A program made the translations under genes and the position numbers. This document shows positions 1-13,120 of a stretch of DNA of 64,000 nucleotides, piece by piece. The stretch is from Eledone cirrhosa (Eukaryota), in the NCBI GenBank assembly GCA_964016885.1, contig OZ024741.1:280178001-280242000 (forward strand), in the 5' to 3' direction. How positions within the stretch are numbered: position 1 is the stretch's first letter; each line of letters starts with the position of its first letter. The notes below the pieces were generated by a model, which saw only the letters and a list, made by a program, of their open reading frames with translations, ran no database searches and was not told where the DNA came from.

Positions 1-1806
1 TCTGATCTACTCATTTTAGGTAGTAGGGTTAACTTAACAATCCCTTTCTGTCATAGAATCCAAATTGTTCTCTCTGGATTTATTATTCTTTTTGTATTCT
101 TTTTGTATTCTTCCACCTGTAGAATTCGTCCATACTGGAGCACCACCTTGACAAAATGCCTTAAGGTGTTTGTTCAAATCCTGCTGGAGTCAACTATGCC
201 TCTCATCCTCACTGGGTTGATAGAATAACATACCAGTCAAGTACTGGGGGTCAATATAATCAACTAACCCCTCTTCCCAACTTTCTGGCCTTGTGCCTAA
301 ATGAAAGAATTATTATCCATGACACACTAATAATTACCTTCAATAGAATTTTAAATATGAACATTTTATACTGTAAATATTATTTAATTATCATAGAACT
401 AAGTTATTTAAAAAATGTTATCACAAATAGATTTTATAATTAATTAAAAATATCATTTTGGTGGATTTCAGTCAGAACTGTTTTGTTTAGGATATCGCTG
501 TAAGGTTGTCAGGTTGGTGTCACAACAAAAAGAGGCCAGTCCACCCTGTAAGATGGTTGTTTCGGGAGCCACAATAAAAAGCACCCTGTAACGTGGTTGG
601 TGTTAGGAATGGCATCTAGCTGTAGAAACCAAGCCCAAATACAGATCATATGAGCATGTCATGGTCACAGGACCTACTTGTCTCATAACGTGACACCTCA
701 TGCAAGTGAGGAAAAATGGATGTTAACTGATGGTGATGTGATTGCTTATGCTTTTGTAAAAGGAATAATCCTAGTGATTTTCTTTTCATCCCAGAAGCTT
801 TTTATTTTTTACTGTTTAATCGGGAAGGAAAGGACAGCACTCATGATATTGTTTTGGGCCTCTGAGACTGGTGAAGAGAGGAGAGAGGAAATTGTGCTCA
901 ACTTGAAGACCTGGCCTAAATGCTTGCTACAGATGGTGCTATTAAACTAGGCAAGGGATTATTAAGTCTATCCCCCTAGTAAGTGAGTGGCCACTAAATT
1001 TGAACTCAGAATGCAAAGATCCTGAACAAATACCATAAGGCATATTGGTCCACTGCTTTAATAATTCTGCCAGTCTACTTACGTCCTGTACTGGTATTTT
1101 GTTGTATCGACCCGAAAGGGTGAAAAGCTAAGTTGACCTCAACATGGTTTGAACTTAGAGTGTAGTGAGCAGCAGAGATCCAGAATAAGTATCACAATGT
1201 ATCTTATTCTACACTCTAACTCTGCCAATTCATCACCATCATGCTTACAGGAAAAAAATAAAAATTTATAATAATCGTAAAAATAAAATGCTTGAAAAAT
1301 GTATACTATTTCATTTTTTTTAAAATGTAAAATTAGTTCATGAATTAAGTTAATATATCTTTATTTTTATGTTTCTAATGAAATATGGCGTCAACTTTAC
1401 TTTTTCCTTCACCATCTAAGAATTACAAATGTAATAGATGCTTTTGAGATTCATCATTCATTAAGTTTGTATATAGGATATTAAGTATTTGTAAAAATCT
1501 GCCCAATAGACTGACTTTATACTAAGAAACTTGATTATAGCTGATATGAAATATAATTAGATTTCTATAACATGATAAAGTTGTGATATGTTTTTTTCTT
1601 CTTATATTCATCTTTACATGGTTAATCTATTTACAAATACACTGTTATTTTTGTTGTTGTAAATTTCTGAAATGATGTAATTTTCTATAAAAGATTTTGT
1701 ATACAACATAAGTTTGTACAACAACATAGTTATAAGTATTTTTCCTTTAATGTCTTTATGTGTTTTTCTAAATCACAGTTTATCATCATCATTGTCATAC
1801 TAAATA

Positions 1807-2117
1807 CAGTGGAACCTCAGTTCATTAATGCTTCTCATCACAAACAAATTGGTTCACGAACAAATTTTCCGAGCATAAAACGTCTCAGTGTCTGAAGTAA
1901 CGAACATGCAAGCGACAAGCTGGGAGTATCAGTAGGAAAGCATCATTTGCTGTATAGTTAGTTACTATGGTGATATCTATGTATTTCACACACAGTCTCT
2001 CTCTCTCTCTCTCTGTATTTCTCTTTTAACATTTTGTATGGGAAAAATAGTTTTAGTTTACAAACATTTCGGGTGACAGGCCTTCAGGAACAAATTAAGT
2101 TCATGTATGAAGGTTCT
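1807..2117. mobile_element. Degenerate Tigger/pogo-like (Tc1/mariner superfamily) non-autonomous element
   Basis: TA followed by CAGTGGAACCTC at 1805-1818; decayed complementary end GAAGGTTC near 2109-2116; no coding capacity. Confidence 0.55.
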
Positions 2118-2364
2118 TGTGATGATCTAATGAAAATACCATTTTCAGAAGATCTATCCAACATACAGTGCATGGGTCAGTAGCTCCACTTGAATACTGA
2201 TTGAGCCTGTGACAACTCATTAAACCCTTGCTAGCAGGGAAAACAGAAGTAAATGATGATGATGATAATGAAATATAATGTTTTTAACTTAAATATGATG
2301 TAATGCATGTATGAAGGACTAAATATATGATTTTTGTGTAAATAATTCAAAATATTCATCTGTA

Positions 2365-2930
2365 TGAGACTCACATGACAAATAGACCAGCAGGTAGACT
2401 GATGGGACACAACTGAAACAAACTTCTAGCAAGTGGTCTTGGTGTAGAAAGTTAAAGACATTTCTCATGTCAAGCTTCATAATGAGATACCAGAGTTCTA
2501 TTGAGATGCGCTTGATTGGGGAGTCAACAAGGAATTGGCTAGCAACATGGGTAGCACTATGACATTCATCTGCTATGCTGACTCCAAGTGGCACAGGGCT
2601 CAGTTCTTTGTCCAGTTCAAAGCTAACAGACTTACAAATGACCTTGCCAACCAGCTTTCAGAAGGCTGGCCCCCAAGGTTATTTTTATGTATGCCACTGT
2701 CATTCTTTCTCAGAACAATCAAACTAACTGAAAAGTAAAATTCACAAGCATGGGACTCAAGTCAGTGTGGATGGGTCTGTTGGTAAGGACCACAATCGTT
2801 CTCAGTAGGCAACAATCAACTTATGCAATATGAAAAAACACCAAGTATTTGAAATGACCAGGTCAGTGAGGCCATCTGCACCTCCACTACTGCTTATGGC
2901 AGATATAATATTTGTCCTTGAGGCAAGTAT
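2365..2930 (-). mobile_element. CRE-clade non-LTR retrotransposon reverse-transcriptase relic (frameshifted, stops)
   Basis: Minus-strand translation gives, in order, SSGGADGL-fs-PGHFKYLV, LIVLRKNDSGI, F*KLVGKVIC, PLGVSIADECHSATH and IMKLDMRNVFNFL...VPSVY. These match CRE-type RT motifs (SxGxDGLxPxHL, LxxLxKxxGGxRPI, QLGVGxxxGxExxxH, KLDxxNAFN). Confidence 0.7.
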
Positions 2931-3959
2931 CAGGGTTAAGTGGAGGTATATATCTGGGGTCAGTCAATGTGTCTTTGTTTGAAGCAAAGGTTACATTATA
3001 TTTTAGTGGCAATCAATAAAACTTGTTCAGAATTTCTGCCAGTCATTTCTCTTTATATTTTGATTGTCCTTCTTTTTAAATTTTTAAATGTAAAAAGTAG
3101 CTTTTTAAAATTTATATTTATAATCATTTGTTTGATTTTACTTCTACTTTTTAGTACATTCTTTACTTTTTACAATTCAGCATGTACTCTATAAGATCAT
3201 AGAATTAAAATCCTTTTATAGGTTAATCAAAGCAATTTAGATTTAATGCTCAATACAGATTATAAACTAAAGCTTATAAACTGATTATGGATGTAGGCGT
3301 GTCTTAATAATCCCAAGAGAGGAAGAGCTTTTGACTCTATCTAGCAGCTGGTTTCTCTGTCATATGTAGGAAAAACAATTTGAAAAACATCTGAACTTAA
3401 TTTCAACTGTTACATGACAATAAAATCTATCTACTGAAGCATAAGTAATGCAACTGCTGAAATATATTTTGTAAGGATGTCATGAAAAAGTCCCCTGTAA
3501 AAGTGGTAATGTTGGTGCCACCACAAAAAGCACTCAGTCCACCTTATAAGATAGATGTGCTGGCTCCACAACAAAAAGCAACCAACCCATCCTGTAAGGT
3601 GATAGTGCCAGAGTTATGATAAAATGTTCCCAGTATATACTGTAAAGTGGTTGACATTGAGAAGGGCATCTAACAGTAGAAACCATGCCAAAAATACAAG
3701 ATACAATCAAGATGTGGTCACCTGACTTGGTGGTCGTCTAACCCATGCAATCGTTTAAAATAGATGTTAAGTGGTAGTGATGATGATAATAGGCTAAAGA
3801 GCTGACTTTAAACTACTAACCACATAACATTGCACACCTTACATTCATTGTTTTATTACAATTCTTCTTTCCCTATTCTATCTAGTTGCCCACAAATAAC
3901 CATCTCGATTCATTGTTTTATTACTGGATAAAGCATACAACTCTTCTTTCCCTACTGAC

Positions 3960-4400
3960 TTTATATTTCGAAGTTGGTAAGCTGCAAGAAACATTTTTTC
4001 AACAATGTGTTAAATACATGAATTTGCAAAAGCAGTGAAACAAGAAATGGACCTTGACTGCAGAGGGTTTGCAAAGACAGAAATGAAGTAAGAATCCTCA
4101 GGTGGATGGGTAATGTCAGTATATATGCATGACATAGCATAAATGAACTGAGAGAATTAGATGTCGTGTGCAAAAGAAAAAGAAGTCTGTGTTGGTACAG
4201 ACATGTGATGCCTATGGGAGATGACAGCTCTATGAAGTTCAAGGCAGCCCAGTCAGGAAGAGGCAGACCAAAGAAGACATACGATAAAGTGGTGAAGACT
4301 GATATTAGAAGGATGACATCACAGTGGAGATGACAAAGGACCATGATGATTGGTGACATGTGGTGCTAGAGATGACCTGCCTACTGAGATAAGCAAGACA
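3960..4400 (+). mobile_element. RTE-clade LINE 3' fragment
   Basis: Decayed C-terminal motifs SETxxGP, RNExxILRWMGNVS, LCWYRHVM, SGRGRPKKTY...DW, collinear with the RTE copy at 30285-31075. Confidence 0.75.
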
Positions 4401-6077
4401 TCCAATATGCCTCATTAACTCCCCACTTCTTTTATTTCTATTGCAGTATCTGCAACACTCTCTGTACCAAAATCATATACTGTATCCCCTCCACTTTCTC
4501 CTTCATTACGCCCCTCTGTCCTTCACATCATTCTGTTTCACCCCACAACACTTGTCATATATCCCTGTTCCACCCCCACCCCATTCTCATTTTCCAACAT
4601 GTTTGCCTTTGAACAAGGCAACCTCCCTAGTGTTGAGCTGTGTGTACCCAGTTTAGAATAGATACACTGGTACACCATAGCCCTGGATGTCATAAGAAGT
4701 GTCTAAAAGGGTTGGTTCCAGGAAGGGCATCTGGTTGTAAAAACATTGCTTCAAAGAGTCCTGTCCAACCTATGCCAGCATGGAGAGGTTGACATAAAAA
4801 TGATGATGATGAAAATGAAAAATATTATCTGCTTTTATGAGATTAATGGCATGTAAATTTGGAAAAGCATGTGTTCTTTTTTTTCATGCCTGTGTCTAGT
4901 TATCATAAAAAAATAATCACTTCTCACATAGCTTTTCTTCTATTGTACTCAATGAAATGGAAATATTAGCCACTTGGCATTCTTTTGTACCAGCACAAGT
5001 CAAATTAATAAAATATGTAAAATAAAAAAACAAACAAGAATATGATCCGACAAAGAAAGTAAACTAGCAGGATTGAATTAATAACTGTTGTAGCTTTGTA
5101 AAATCTAAATATTTCATTAGTTTTCTTCTATTCTATTCTATTCCATTCCATACTATCAGATTCTTGCACATTCTCAAGTAATGGATATTGATCCTAAGAA
5201 TTAGACTGAAAGAAACTTCATTTCTCAAAAGACTTGGTGGAAGATTTACTATACAAAATAAGATGAAGGATGATATCTGAATGAATCCTAGAATACATTT
5301 TTATATCTTAGATGTGCACTCTCTCTCTCTTTCTCTCTCTCATTCTCACCATAGAATAGACATTTTAATTGAACAAGGAGAATCCATTAGAAAACAGATT
5401 TTATTTTGTTATTATTGTTTAGCCCCAGATCAAGAATATCTATATATCTATGTTGAAAGGTGTTCTGGATATGACCATCCATTTTTTCCCAGGCTAGTAT
5501 GGGGTGATATGAGGCAGATTTGGCTGTTGTTTCTAGCAGCCCAACCCACTGCAAAACGGCTCTCATTGGCTTGTGAATTTGTATGTATATAAACATATAT
5601 ATATATATATATAATTGAAAACCATTTAGTATTCTCAAGAAAGAATAAAATAGTCATGTTATTTGGTGTGCTTTGATTAACATGATTAAATCCTTCTAGA
5701 TAAAGTCGTTAAGATGAAATGAAATGACTATTGATTTATTTATCTGTTTCAGAGCAAACAGATTAAAGTTTAGGTTTATCACTGTTCATTACTCTTGCTG
5801 AAGACAGGGATATTAGAACAATTAAGCTTAAGATTTAAGCTTACTAAAAGATTCTTTACTTTAAATAATCTGTTGATGTAATAGAATATTTCTGGAATTT
5901 TTTCCTCTAGTTTCTGTCTGTCACCTAACAATAAATTGTTAAGAGAGTTTGTCTGACTGAAGTACCGAATGGAATTATAATATTAATAAAAATAAAATTC
6001 ACACTTATGATTTATATTACAGTTACTTCTTTACTGCAGAATTAATCACTCACAGAATAAATAGTGTGAGGGGATGG

Positions 6078-6375
6078 AGGAGACATGGTTAAATGGTTAA
6101 GAATGTCTCTAAGTAATCTTAAGACTCCAGGTTCAATCCCACTATATGGTATGTTAAGCAAATGTCAAGTGTCATTGAGCATAGCATCATGTAGACACAT
6201 GCTTTGTGAACGAAACTGTGTAGACAGAAATTGCTTGGAAGCCTGTTGAATGGATTGTATGGGCAATTCAATGAGAATTATGTTAAGGACATATGTGCCT
6301 GTAGAATGATCAGCTAAGCAGGCTCTTCCATTGATTGACAAACTGGAACACTGATTGTCAAACCCAAGGGAGGCC
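6078..6375 (+). mobile_element. tRNA-derived SINE (octopus OK/OR-like), decayed
   Basis: A-box-like TGGTTAAATGG, B-box GGTTCAATCCC, CORE-like AAGCAAATGTC; related minus-strand pieces near 34040-34110 and 55895-55990. Confidence 0.55.
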
Positions 6376-6411
<36 letters not shown>

Positions 6412-6487
6412 GTATATATATATATTAAGTGTTTCCGTTGGAAAGGTAAAGGAAAGGAGAGTGCTCTATGTAGGCTACAGAGCTATT

Positions 6488-6639
6488 TAGTTATGTAATA
6501 AACAACATAAGACAATTATTCCATTTACCAAAGGTTCAGAATCTGATGAGCGATTTCAGATGTCTGTGTCAAGCTCGTCTGTCTTCGTGAAACCTTTGGT
6601 AAATGGAATAATTGTCTTATGTTGTTTATTACATAACTA
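6488..6639. repeat. 49-bp perfect inverted repeat enclosing a hammerhead-ribozyme-like core (Penelope-like relic)
   Basis: 6488-6536 is the exact reverse complement of 6591-6639; the spacer contains CTGATGA (6543) ... GAAA (6589). Confidence 0.85.
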
Positions 6640-6857
6640 TATATATATATATATCATCATCATCATCATTTTACGTCCACTTTTCCCTGCTTGCAAGGGT
6701 GGGACGGGAACTGATTCTGGCTTGATTTCTACAGCTGGATGCCCTTCCTAATATCAACCTCATTTACAGTGAGTGCTGGGTGCTTTTTTTTCTTTGGCAC
6801 TTCCACGACCAATTTGCAGTGGAATGATAGGGACCCCAGTCCTATCATCTCATTTCT

Positions 6858-6993
6858 ACAGCTGAGTAAACTGGAGCAACGTGAAATAAAGTGTCTTGCT
6901 CAAGGAAACAACGCATCACTCGGTCCGAGAGAATTGAACTCACAACGTTTCGATTGCAAGGCCAATGCTCTAACCACTAAGCCATGTGCCTCC
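6858..6993 (-). mobile_element. CORE-type tRNA-derived SINE (5' part)
   Basis: Reverse complement reads GGAGGCACATGGCTTAGTGGTTAGAGC...GAGTTCAATTC...TTGAGCAAGACACTTTATTTCAC; same family as 9509-9800. Confidence 0.8.
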
Positions 6994-7003
6994 ATTATGT
7001 ACA

Positions 7004-7149
<146 letters not shown>

Positions 7150-7741
7150 ACATCATCACCATCATCGTTTTACATATATTTTCCATACTTGCATGTGTTA
7201 GATGGATTAAACATTCTGAGACTAGTCTGGTCAGCTGACTACATCTTGCTCATACATTCTATTTTGGTATGGTTTTTACGGCTGGATACCCATCCTAATG
7301 CCAACTACTTTACAGTGTGTACTGTGTGCATCCTATTGTGGCACCAATATTACCACCTTACGAGGTGGACTGGGTGCTTTTATCATGGGACCAGCACTAC
7401 CACCTTACAAGGTGGACTGGCGTCAGCACTAACAACTTACAACACTGGAGAGTTCATTGTGTACTTGGTTAGGCTGGGAGTGGGGACGAAGAAAACAAAC
7501 ATGTGGCAGTAGTGGTGATGGAAGCTACTTATGCTGAGGCAGGGAATCATCTGATAGTGGGAAATGAAAAGGAAAATTACATGTTGGTCATGCAGATGAC
7601 CTTGTAAAGAGTGAGTGATGTCTGGCAGTGCATTGTGGGTTACACCTGTTTTAGCATGGTGGCATAGGTTAGACTAGCAGAAAACTACCAGCAGGGTGTT
7701 TATCTAATATATATATATCATACTTAGCTATAAGAAGCTTA

Positions 7742-7772
<31 letters not shown>

Positions 7773-8099
7773 TGTGGGGGGGGGGGGCTAAAGTGTTCAA
7801 TGTGCCTTTTTTAATTTAAGAAATATTGTGTATGATTTGAAAGAGAAATTTGACTACTATTCATAATACATTGTGTAAGAGGGGTCATGGGGTACTTAAG
7901 GAGGGTATGATAGGTGGTGGAAAGAAGGGCTGCTAAAGTTTTAGTTATATATATATATATTTACTGAATCCTCTTTGTTCTCTGTGGAACATAAGGCTTG
8001 AACTTGCTACTTCCATCTGGTTTGCATCTGTCACTTTATCTGTAACATATGAAGTATACAGGAGAAAAAAATTTCCATTGATACCGAGATTCCTGTAAG

Positions 8100-8445
8100 A
8101 GGGTTGTGTTAGTGACACGAAAAAGCATCTAGTCCACCCTGTAATGCGGTTGTGCTAGTGATACAATAAAAAAGCCCCCAGTCCACTCTGTAATATGGTT
8201 GTGACACAATGAAAATGTACCCAGTCCACCCTGTTAGATGGGTCATTTTAGTGCCACAATAAAATGTACTCAGTCCACACTGTATCGTGATTGGCATTAG
8301 GAAGGGCATCTAGCTGTAGAAATCAAGCCAAAATACAGATCCGTAAGAGCAAGGCATAATCACCTGAGCTGAATTGTCTCATAATGTGACAACCCGTCTA
8401 ACCGATGCAAGTGTGGGAAAATAGACATTAAATGGTGATGATGAC
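8100..8445 (+). mobile_element. RTE-tailed SINE-like element with internal ~41-bp tandem units (representative of many copies, e.g. ~500-740, 3480-3790, 7150-7440(-), 39200-39550(-), 50975-51245, 57095-57330(-))
   Basis: Repeated AAAAGCACCCAGTCCACCCTGTAA units, then GGCATTAGGAAGGGCATCTAGCTGTAGAAA, then CTAACC(C)ATGCAAGxGTGGAAAATAGACATTAAA(TGA)n. Confidence 0.8.
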
Positions 8446-9508
8446 TGACATGTAATGGGTTTGGATAATGATTGTTGGGTGAGTAAGTGCTAGAAGTAGA
8501 AGGAAGCTATATAAGAAAAAGACCAAGAAAGATGTGGGCAGTTGTGGTAAAAGCTGACCCCAAGTAACTAAACCTCTTAAAAGCAATGACAAAGGATAGA
8601 AACAAATGAAGGGAAGTCATATTAGAGAAATGGAGAAAACTCATCTAACCTATGCAATAATGGATAATCAGGTGTAAAAACGATGATGTGATGATGACGT
8701 TTATGGGCCATATTTAAATATAAAAATGAAATATTGACAACATTTTGCATCAAAGAGGTGGTTAAAATGTTGAATTTGTAGATTTTTTTTAAGAATCTTA
8801 TATTGAAAATATATTATTCAGGAAAAATTCCAAAAGTCTAAAATGAAAAAGTGTTGAAGGGTTAGGGTTATTGTAATCCATAATGTGATGGGTAGAGAAT
8901 AGAGAATATTGAAATTTTGTTTGCAGATTCATAGGCCACCAGGTTGTTGTAGTTTTGAGTTGGTTCCATTGATTGACAATCATAGATTTTAAATATAGAA
9001 GAGAGATATAATCAAGATTGGAAATACTTTCATTGTTAAAATGATTGCCAATATCGGTAGAGCATCGGACAACATGCTTTGTTGCATAGAGTTATGGTCC
9101 TTTACATTCTGAGTTCAAATCCCTCTAAGATTTGCTTTGCTTTTCATCCTTACAGGATCAATAAAATAAAGCACCAGTAACCCACTGGGGGTGATTAATC
9201 GACTTTCCCTTCCTCCAAAAATTGTTGGCCTTGTGCCTAAATCTGAAACCATTATCAAAATGTTAAGATGAACCTTGAAAAAAAATACTTTTGTTACTTT
9301 TAAAATACTTTCAATAATGTAAATATTTACAATTTAAATTATATCTCTAATACCCTTCCATATTTAAGATTGATGACAGTTAATCAACAGGACCAGTGTT
9401 CACCAGTTAGACCAAATCAAGGCTTAAACAAACTAGTGCCTACGATTCTGCAAACAAAATTCTCAAAATTTTAATATTTTCTGTTTTCTACTCATCACTG
9501 TTATATGA

Positions 9509-9803
9509 AGGTATGTGGCCTAGTGGTGAAGGTGTTGGGTATGGATTTGGGATCATCATCATGTTGTGATTTCGATTCTTGGACCAGGTGGCGTGTTTCA
9601 TTGTTCTTCTTCAGCAAAACACTTTATTTCACATTGTTGCTCCAGTCGACTCAGCTAAAAAAAAATGAGTACCAGCAATAGTGGGGATTGGCTAATCCTA
9701 CAATGGACTGACGTCTTGTACTTTTTGTCACTTAATGCCAATGAAATGGAGATAAAGCACCAGCCTGATGAGCCTCCAGGCTTGGGACAGACTTTAATTA
9801 ACC
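9509..9803 (+). mobile_element. CORE-type tRNA-derived SINE, near full length
   Basis: A box TGGCCTAGTGG, B-box-like TTTCGATTC, CORE-like CAGCAAAACACTTTATTTCAC...CAGCTAAAAATGAGTACC, 3' tail GGGACAGACTTTAATTAACCT. Confidence 0.7.
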
Positions 9804-9939
9804 TATCAACTGTTATGGATAACAATAACAAGGGTTGTTCACCAGTTGTTCTATAGATGTTTTTAAAATAATCGTCTAACCTTCTTAACAATTTCTTTTT
9901 TTTCTTTTTCTTTCTTTAAACTGTTTTCCAATATTTTAG

Positions 9940-10320
9940 GTTCTGAACATCAGAGATTCAGTGTCAGCCCTTTTTTTTTAACAATCAAAAACTGATTAGA
10001 GTTAAGATATTTACAGCTACAGTACTTTTTTGTCATATATAAATATATTTTGCTTTTTGCTTATATTTGAAGTGTATAAGTAGGTGTATTTTGTTTGCAT
10101 TTGTAATTATATCCCCACTCTTAAGAAATTGAACTTGAAACAACAGTAATTTAAATTTTCAGAAAGTGAACAAAATTAATTCTTCCCAATGTAAACAAAA
10201 TGCAAATAAAATATATTTACTTGTAAAAGAATACTGCAGCTGCAAATCTACTAACTTGAATCAATTTCTGATTAATTTTTTTTTTTTTCTTGCAGATTCT
10301 GAATTTCTGATGTTCAAAGC
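9940..10320. repeat. Old imperfect foldback (long inverted repeat, MITE-like)
   Basis: TGAACATCAGAGATTCAG (9944) pairs with CTGAATTTCTGATGTTCA (10299); GTTAAGATATTTACAGCTACAGTACTTTT (~10000) pairs with AAAAGAATACTGCAGCTGCAAATCTACTAAC (~10225); blocks are in nested order. Confidence 0.7.
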
Positions 10321-12899
10321 ATAACAAATCTGAAGACTTGTTTTTTTTTTTCTTTTTAAAATAATGCATAATAATTTTTTTTTTTTTTAAATTAAAGGGG
10401 TAGTTTAAAAAATCCATTGGTTGGAAATGTCTTTCAATTATTTAAAATAATTATTGCTATTGTGTTCGTATTAAGGCAATATTGTTAGAATGTTGAAAAA
10501 AAATTCCTTCAAGTATTTGTTACAGCTCTTTACATTCTCAGTTCAAATCCTTACAAGATCAACTTTGCCTTTCGTCCTCTTGGAAGTTGTTAAATAAAGT
10601 ACCAGTAAAGTATTAGGGTTGATAAAATCAACTTTCCCTGCCCTTCAAATTTCTGGCCTTGTGCCAAATGTAGTAACAATTATTATCATTCTTTCATCGG
10701 TAGTTTCATGTAATTTTCTACTGCATCACCAGATACATCTCCATGTATTTTTATTTTTGTGGGAGTATAAACTGTTAGTGTACTCCATCAGTGTTTTGTT
10801 TTGAGGTTTAGCTTGCTGTTTCTGGTGTTATTTTAATGTTTGTTCTGTTGTATATGGTATGTTTAATATGAGTTGTGTTATTTTGTTGGGTATTATGTAG
10901 AATATATGTTGTGTGAGTTCTGTTTAATTTTATTAGGTTGTTATGGTATAGACGTAAATAAGACCATTATTGTTCCAATCAGTCTACTAACCCTAAATCA
11001 AATACCAACCTGTACCCACGAATCCTGCCAAACAAACCGTACTTGCTCTACAAATTCGGCATATCAAGCACAGACTACCCATCCTCCCAAACTCAGCTTA
11101 TGCAACTGGACCACAATAGCCACCAAATGGGGGAGGACAGACATTATCAAGCTGCAGCTGTCATATTATGTAGTTTCTATATAATAAACCCAAAGAGTGT
11201 GTATTGTGTGTGAAGATTGGTTGCACTTCGTTGATGTGAGCCTTTTATATGTTATTGGAGGTATGTTATAGGTATAGGACTATAATTTTGTAAGTGTATC
11301 GTGTTAGTGTTTTTGGAGAGTAGAATAGTTTCCCCCTCCTGCATCCAGTCAGGGGTTGATTCTGGCTTAATCCAATAGAATTGATATTGAGCAGGAGCTG
11401 ACTGAATCAATAAAGACTTCCCCAAAACAACAGAAGAATATACAGCTCCATTAAAGAATAAATAAATAAATATAATAGATTCCTACAAGAATTTATGCTT
11501 GGGACAACAGACTGAATGGCACGACCATTAGCAGTGGTGATATCAAAAGAATCTGGATTTGAGCCTAACAGGGAAAAAACTCTAACCAAACCCTAAACTC
11601 CATAATGCTGCTGTGTATCTATTGGTAATTGGCCAGGTGTTTCAGCCAGGAGTTGGGGGACTATGTGTATTTCTTGTGTTTTCCAGTTAACCGTTCCCAA
11701 TGTGTTAGTCATTACCTTGGTGATAGTAAGTCATGTAATTTCTTTGTCCTTCCTCTTCCCTTCTGATCCACTCTGTATTTTGTTGTATTGGTTTCTCTGC
11801 TCTACATTCTCTCCCTGTATGTCTGATGTTGTTAGTATATCTTCTATTGCTTTGCTTTTTTAAAAAATATTTCTGTAGAATCAATTGGTATTTACCTTAA
11901 ATTCTTAATTTTCTTGGAAGTGTTTTATGTGACATATTTTTGCTGTTATGTTGTTCGAATTTTCTTTTGCCTATTCTTTTTTTTTGTTTATATTTCTCTT
12001 GTTATTTGTGTCCTTTTTTCTTCTTCGTGCCCCCTCCCCCCCTTTTAGTATACATAGTAAGAATAGGTCCTTCCTTTGATTTCAATTTTGTGTTCTTTAC
12101 TTTCTTTTCATTTTGGGGTTTGTGTTTTGGCTGGAGTTTTTCTCACTTGTTAGGGTTAAGTTCAGTTTCTCTTGATGGTTAAGATCTTGGACTTATGGTC
12201 AGAAGGTCATTGGTTCAATTCCTGGATCCAGTAGCATGTATCATTTCACATATGCTTATCATTAAAACATCCAAGAAACTTGCAGAGGTGTGAGAAGTAA
12301 ACATCATATAACTATTTCAAATCCCACACTTTATAGAAAATTATCATGATCAATGGTTAAACACAAAATGTATTTCCAAGATGGTATTCTTCATCAATTA
12401 TTATTAACCTTAACATAAAGATGAATTATTTTTCTGGCAATTTACTATAGCTATTTCACTCCACTCAAATTTACTAATTCTCTTGAGAAAGGCATTAATT
12501 TCATTTTTGCCTTTTATCTATTTAAATTTAATGGCTTGTCCCAGCAAAGAAATAATTTAATGTTTTCACAATTTGAAATTATGCAAATATGGATATTTTC
12601 TAAATTGCTAAAACATAAATTTTGTTTCCTGATGCCAAACAATTAACTGTAAGGTATCAGTGATGCATAATTCTTTTATATTGTTTAACAGATGTTGGTG
12701 ATATGTTGAGTTGAAAGCTACAGCTATCAAATCCCACATCTCTCTCCAGAGATATGGGGTTCACTTTCTTCTGTTTCCACGGGTCCTTTACCTGATATAT
12801 TTAACTATTATTTATAGCTATCAACTATTATTATAGTTCTCTGCACCATAGCAACTATATTTTCAAGGAGTGCCTCTATTTGTATGTGTGTGTATGAGT

Positions 12900-13120
12900 A
12901 TCATCTTCATCATCGTTTTTACGCTCTTTTTTCCATGTTTGCATGGGTTGGACAGTTCCTTCTCAGCACAGCATCTCTCCATTCATCACGTTCCTTTGTC
13001 ATCTTCTCTGTAAGTCTCACTGATTTGAGGTCAGCTCTCACAACCCCTGCCCAGCTTTTTCTTGGTCTATCTATATTGTGGCTTCCTCCCACTGGCACTT
13101 CTTCACCATGCACATAACAT
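12900..13120 (-). mobile_element. RTE-clade LINE extreme 3' end
   Basis: ORF 12919-13131(-) reads DRPRKSWAGVVRADLK...DEWRDAVLRRNCPTHANMEKRA*, followed by a (TGA)n-type tail. Confidence 0.85.
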
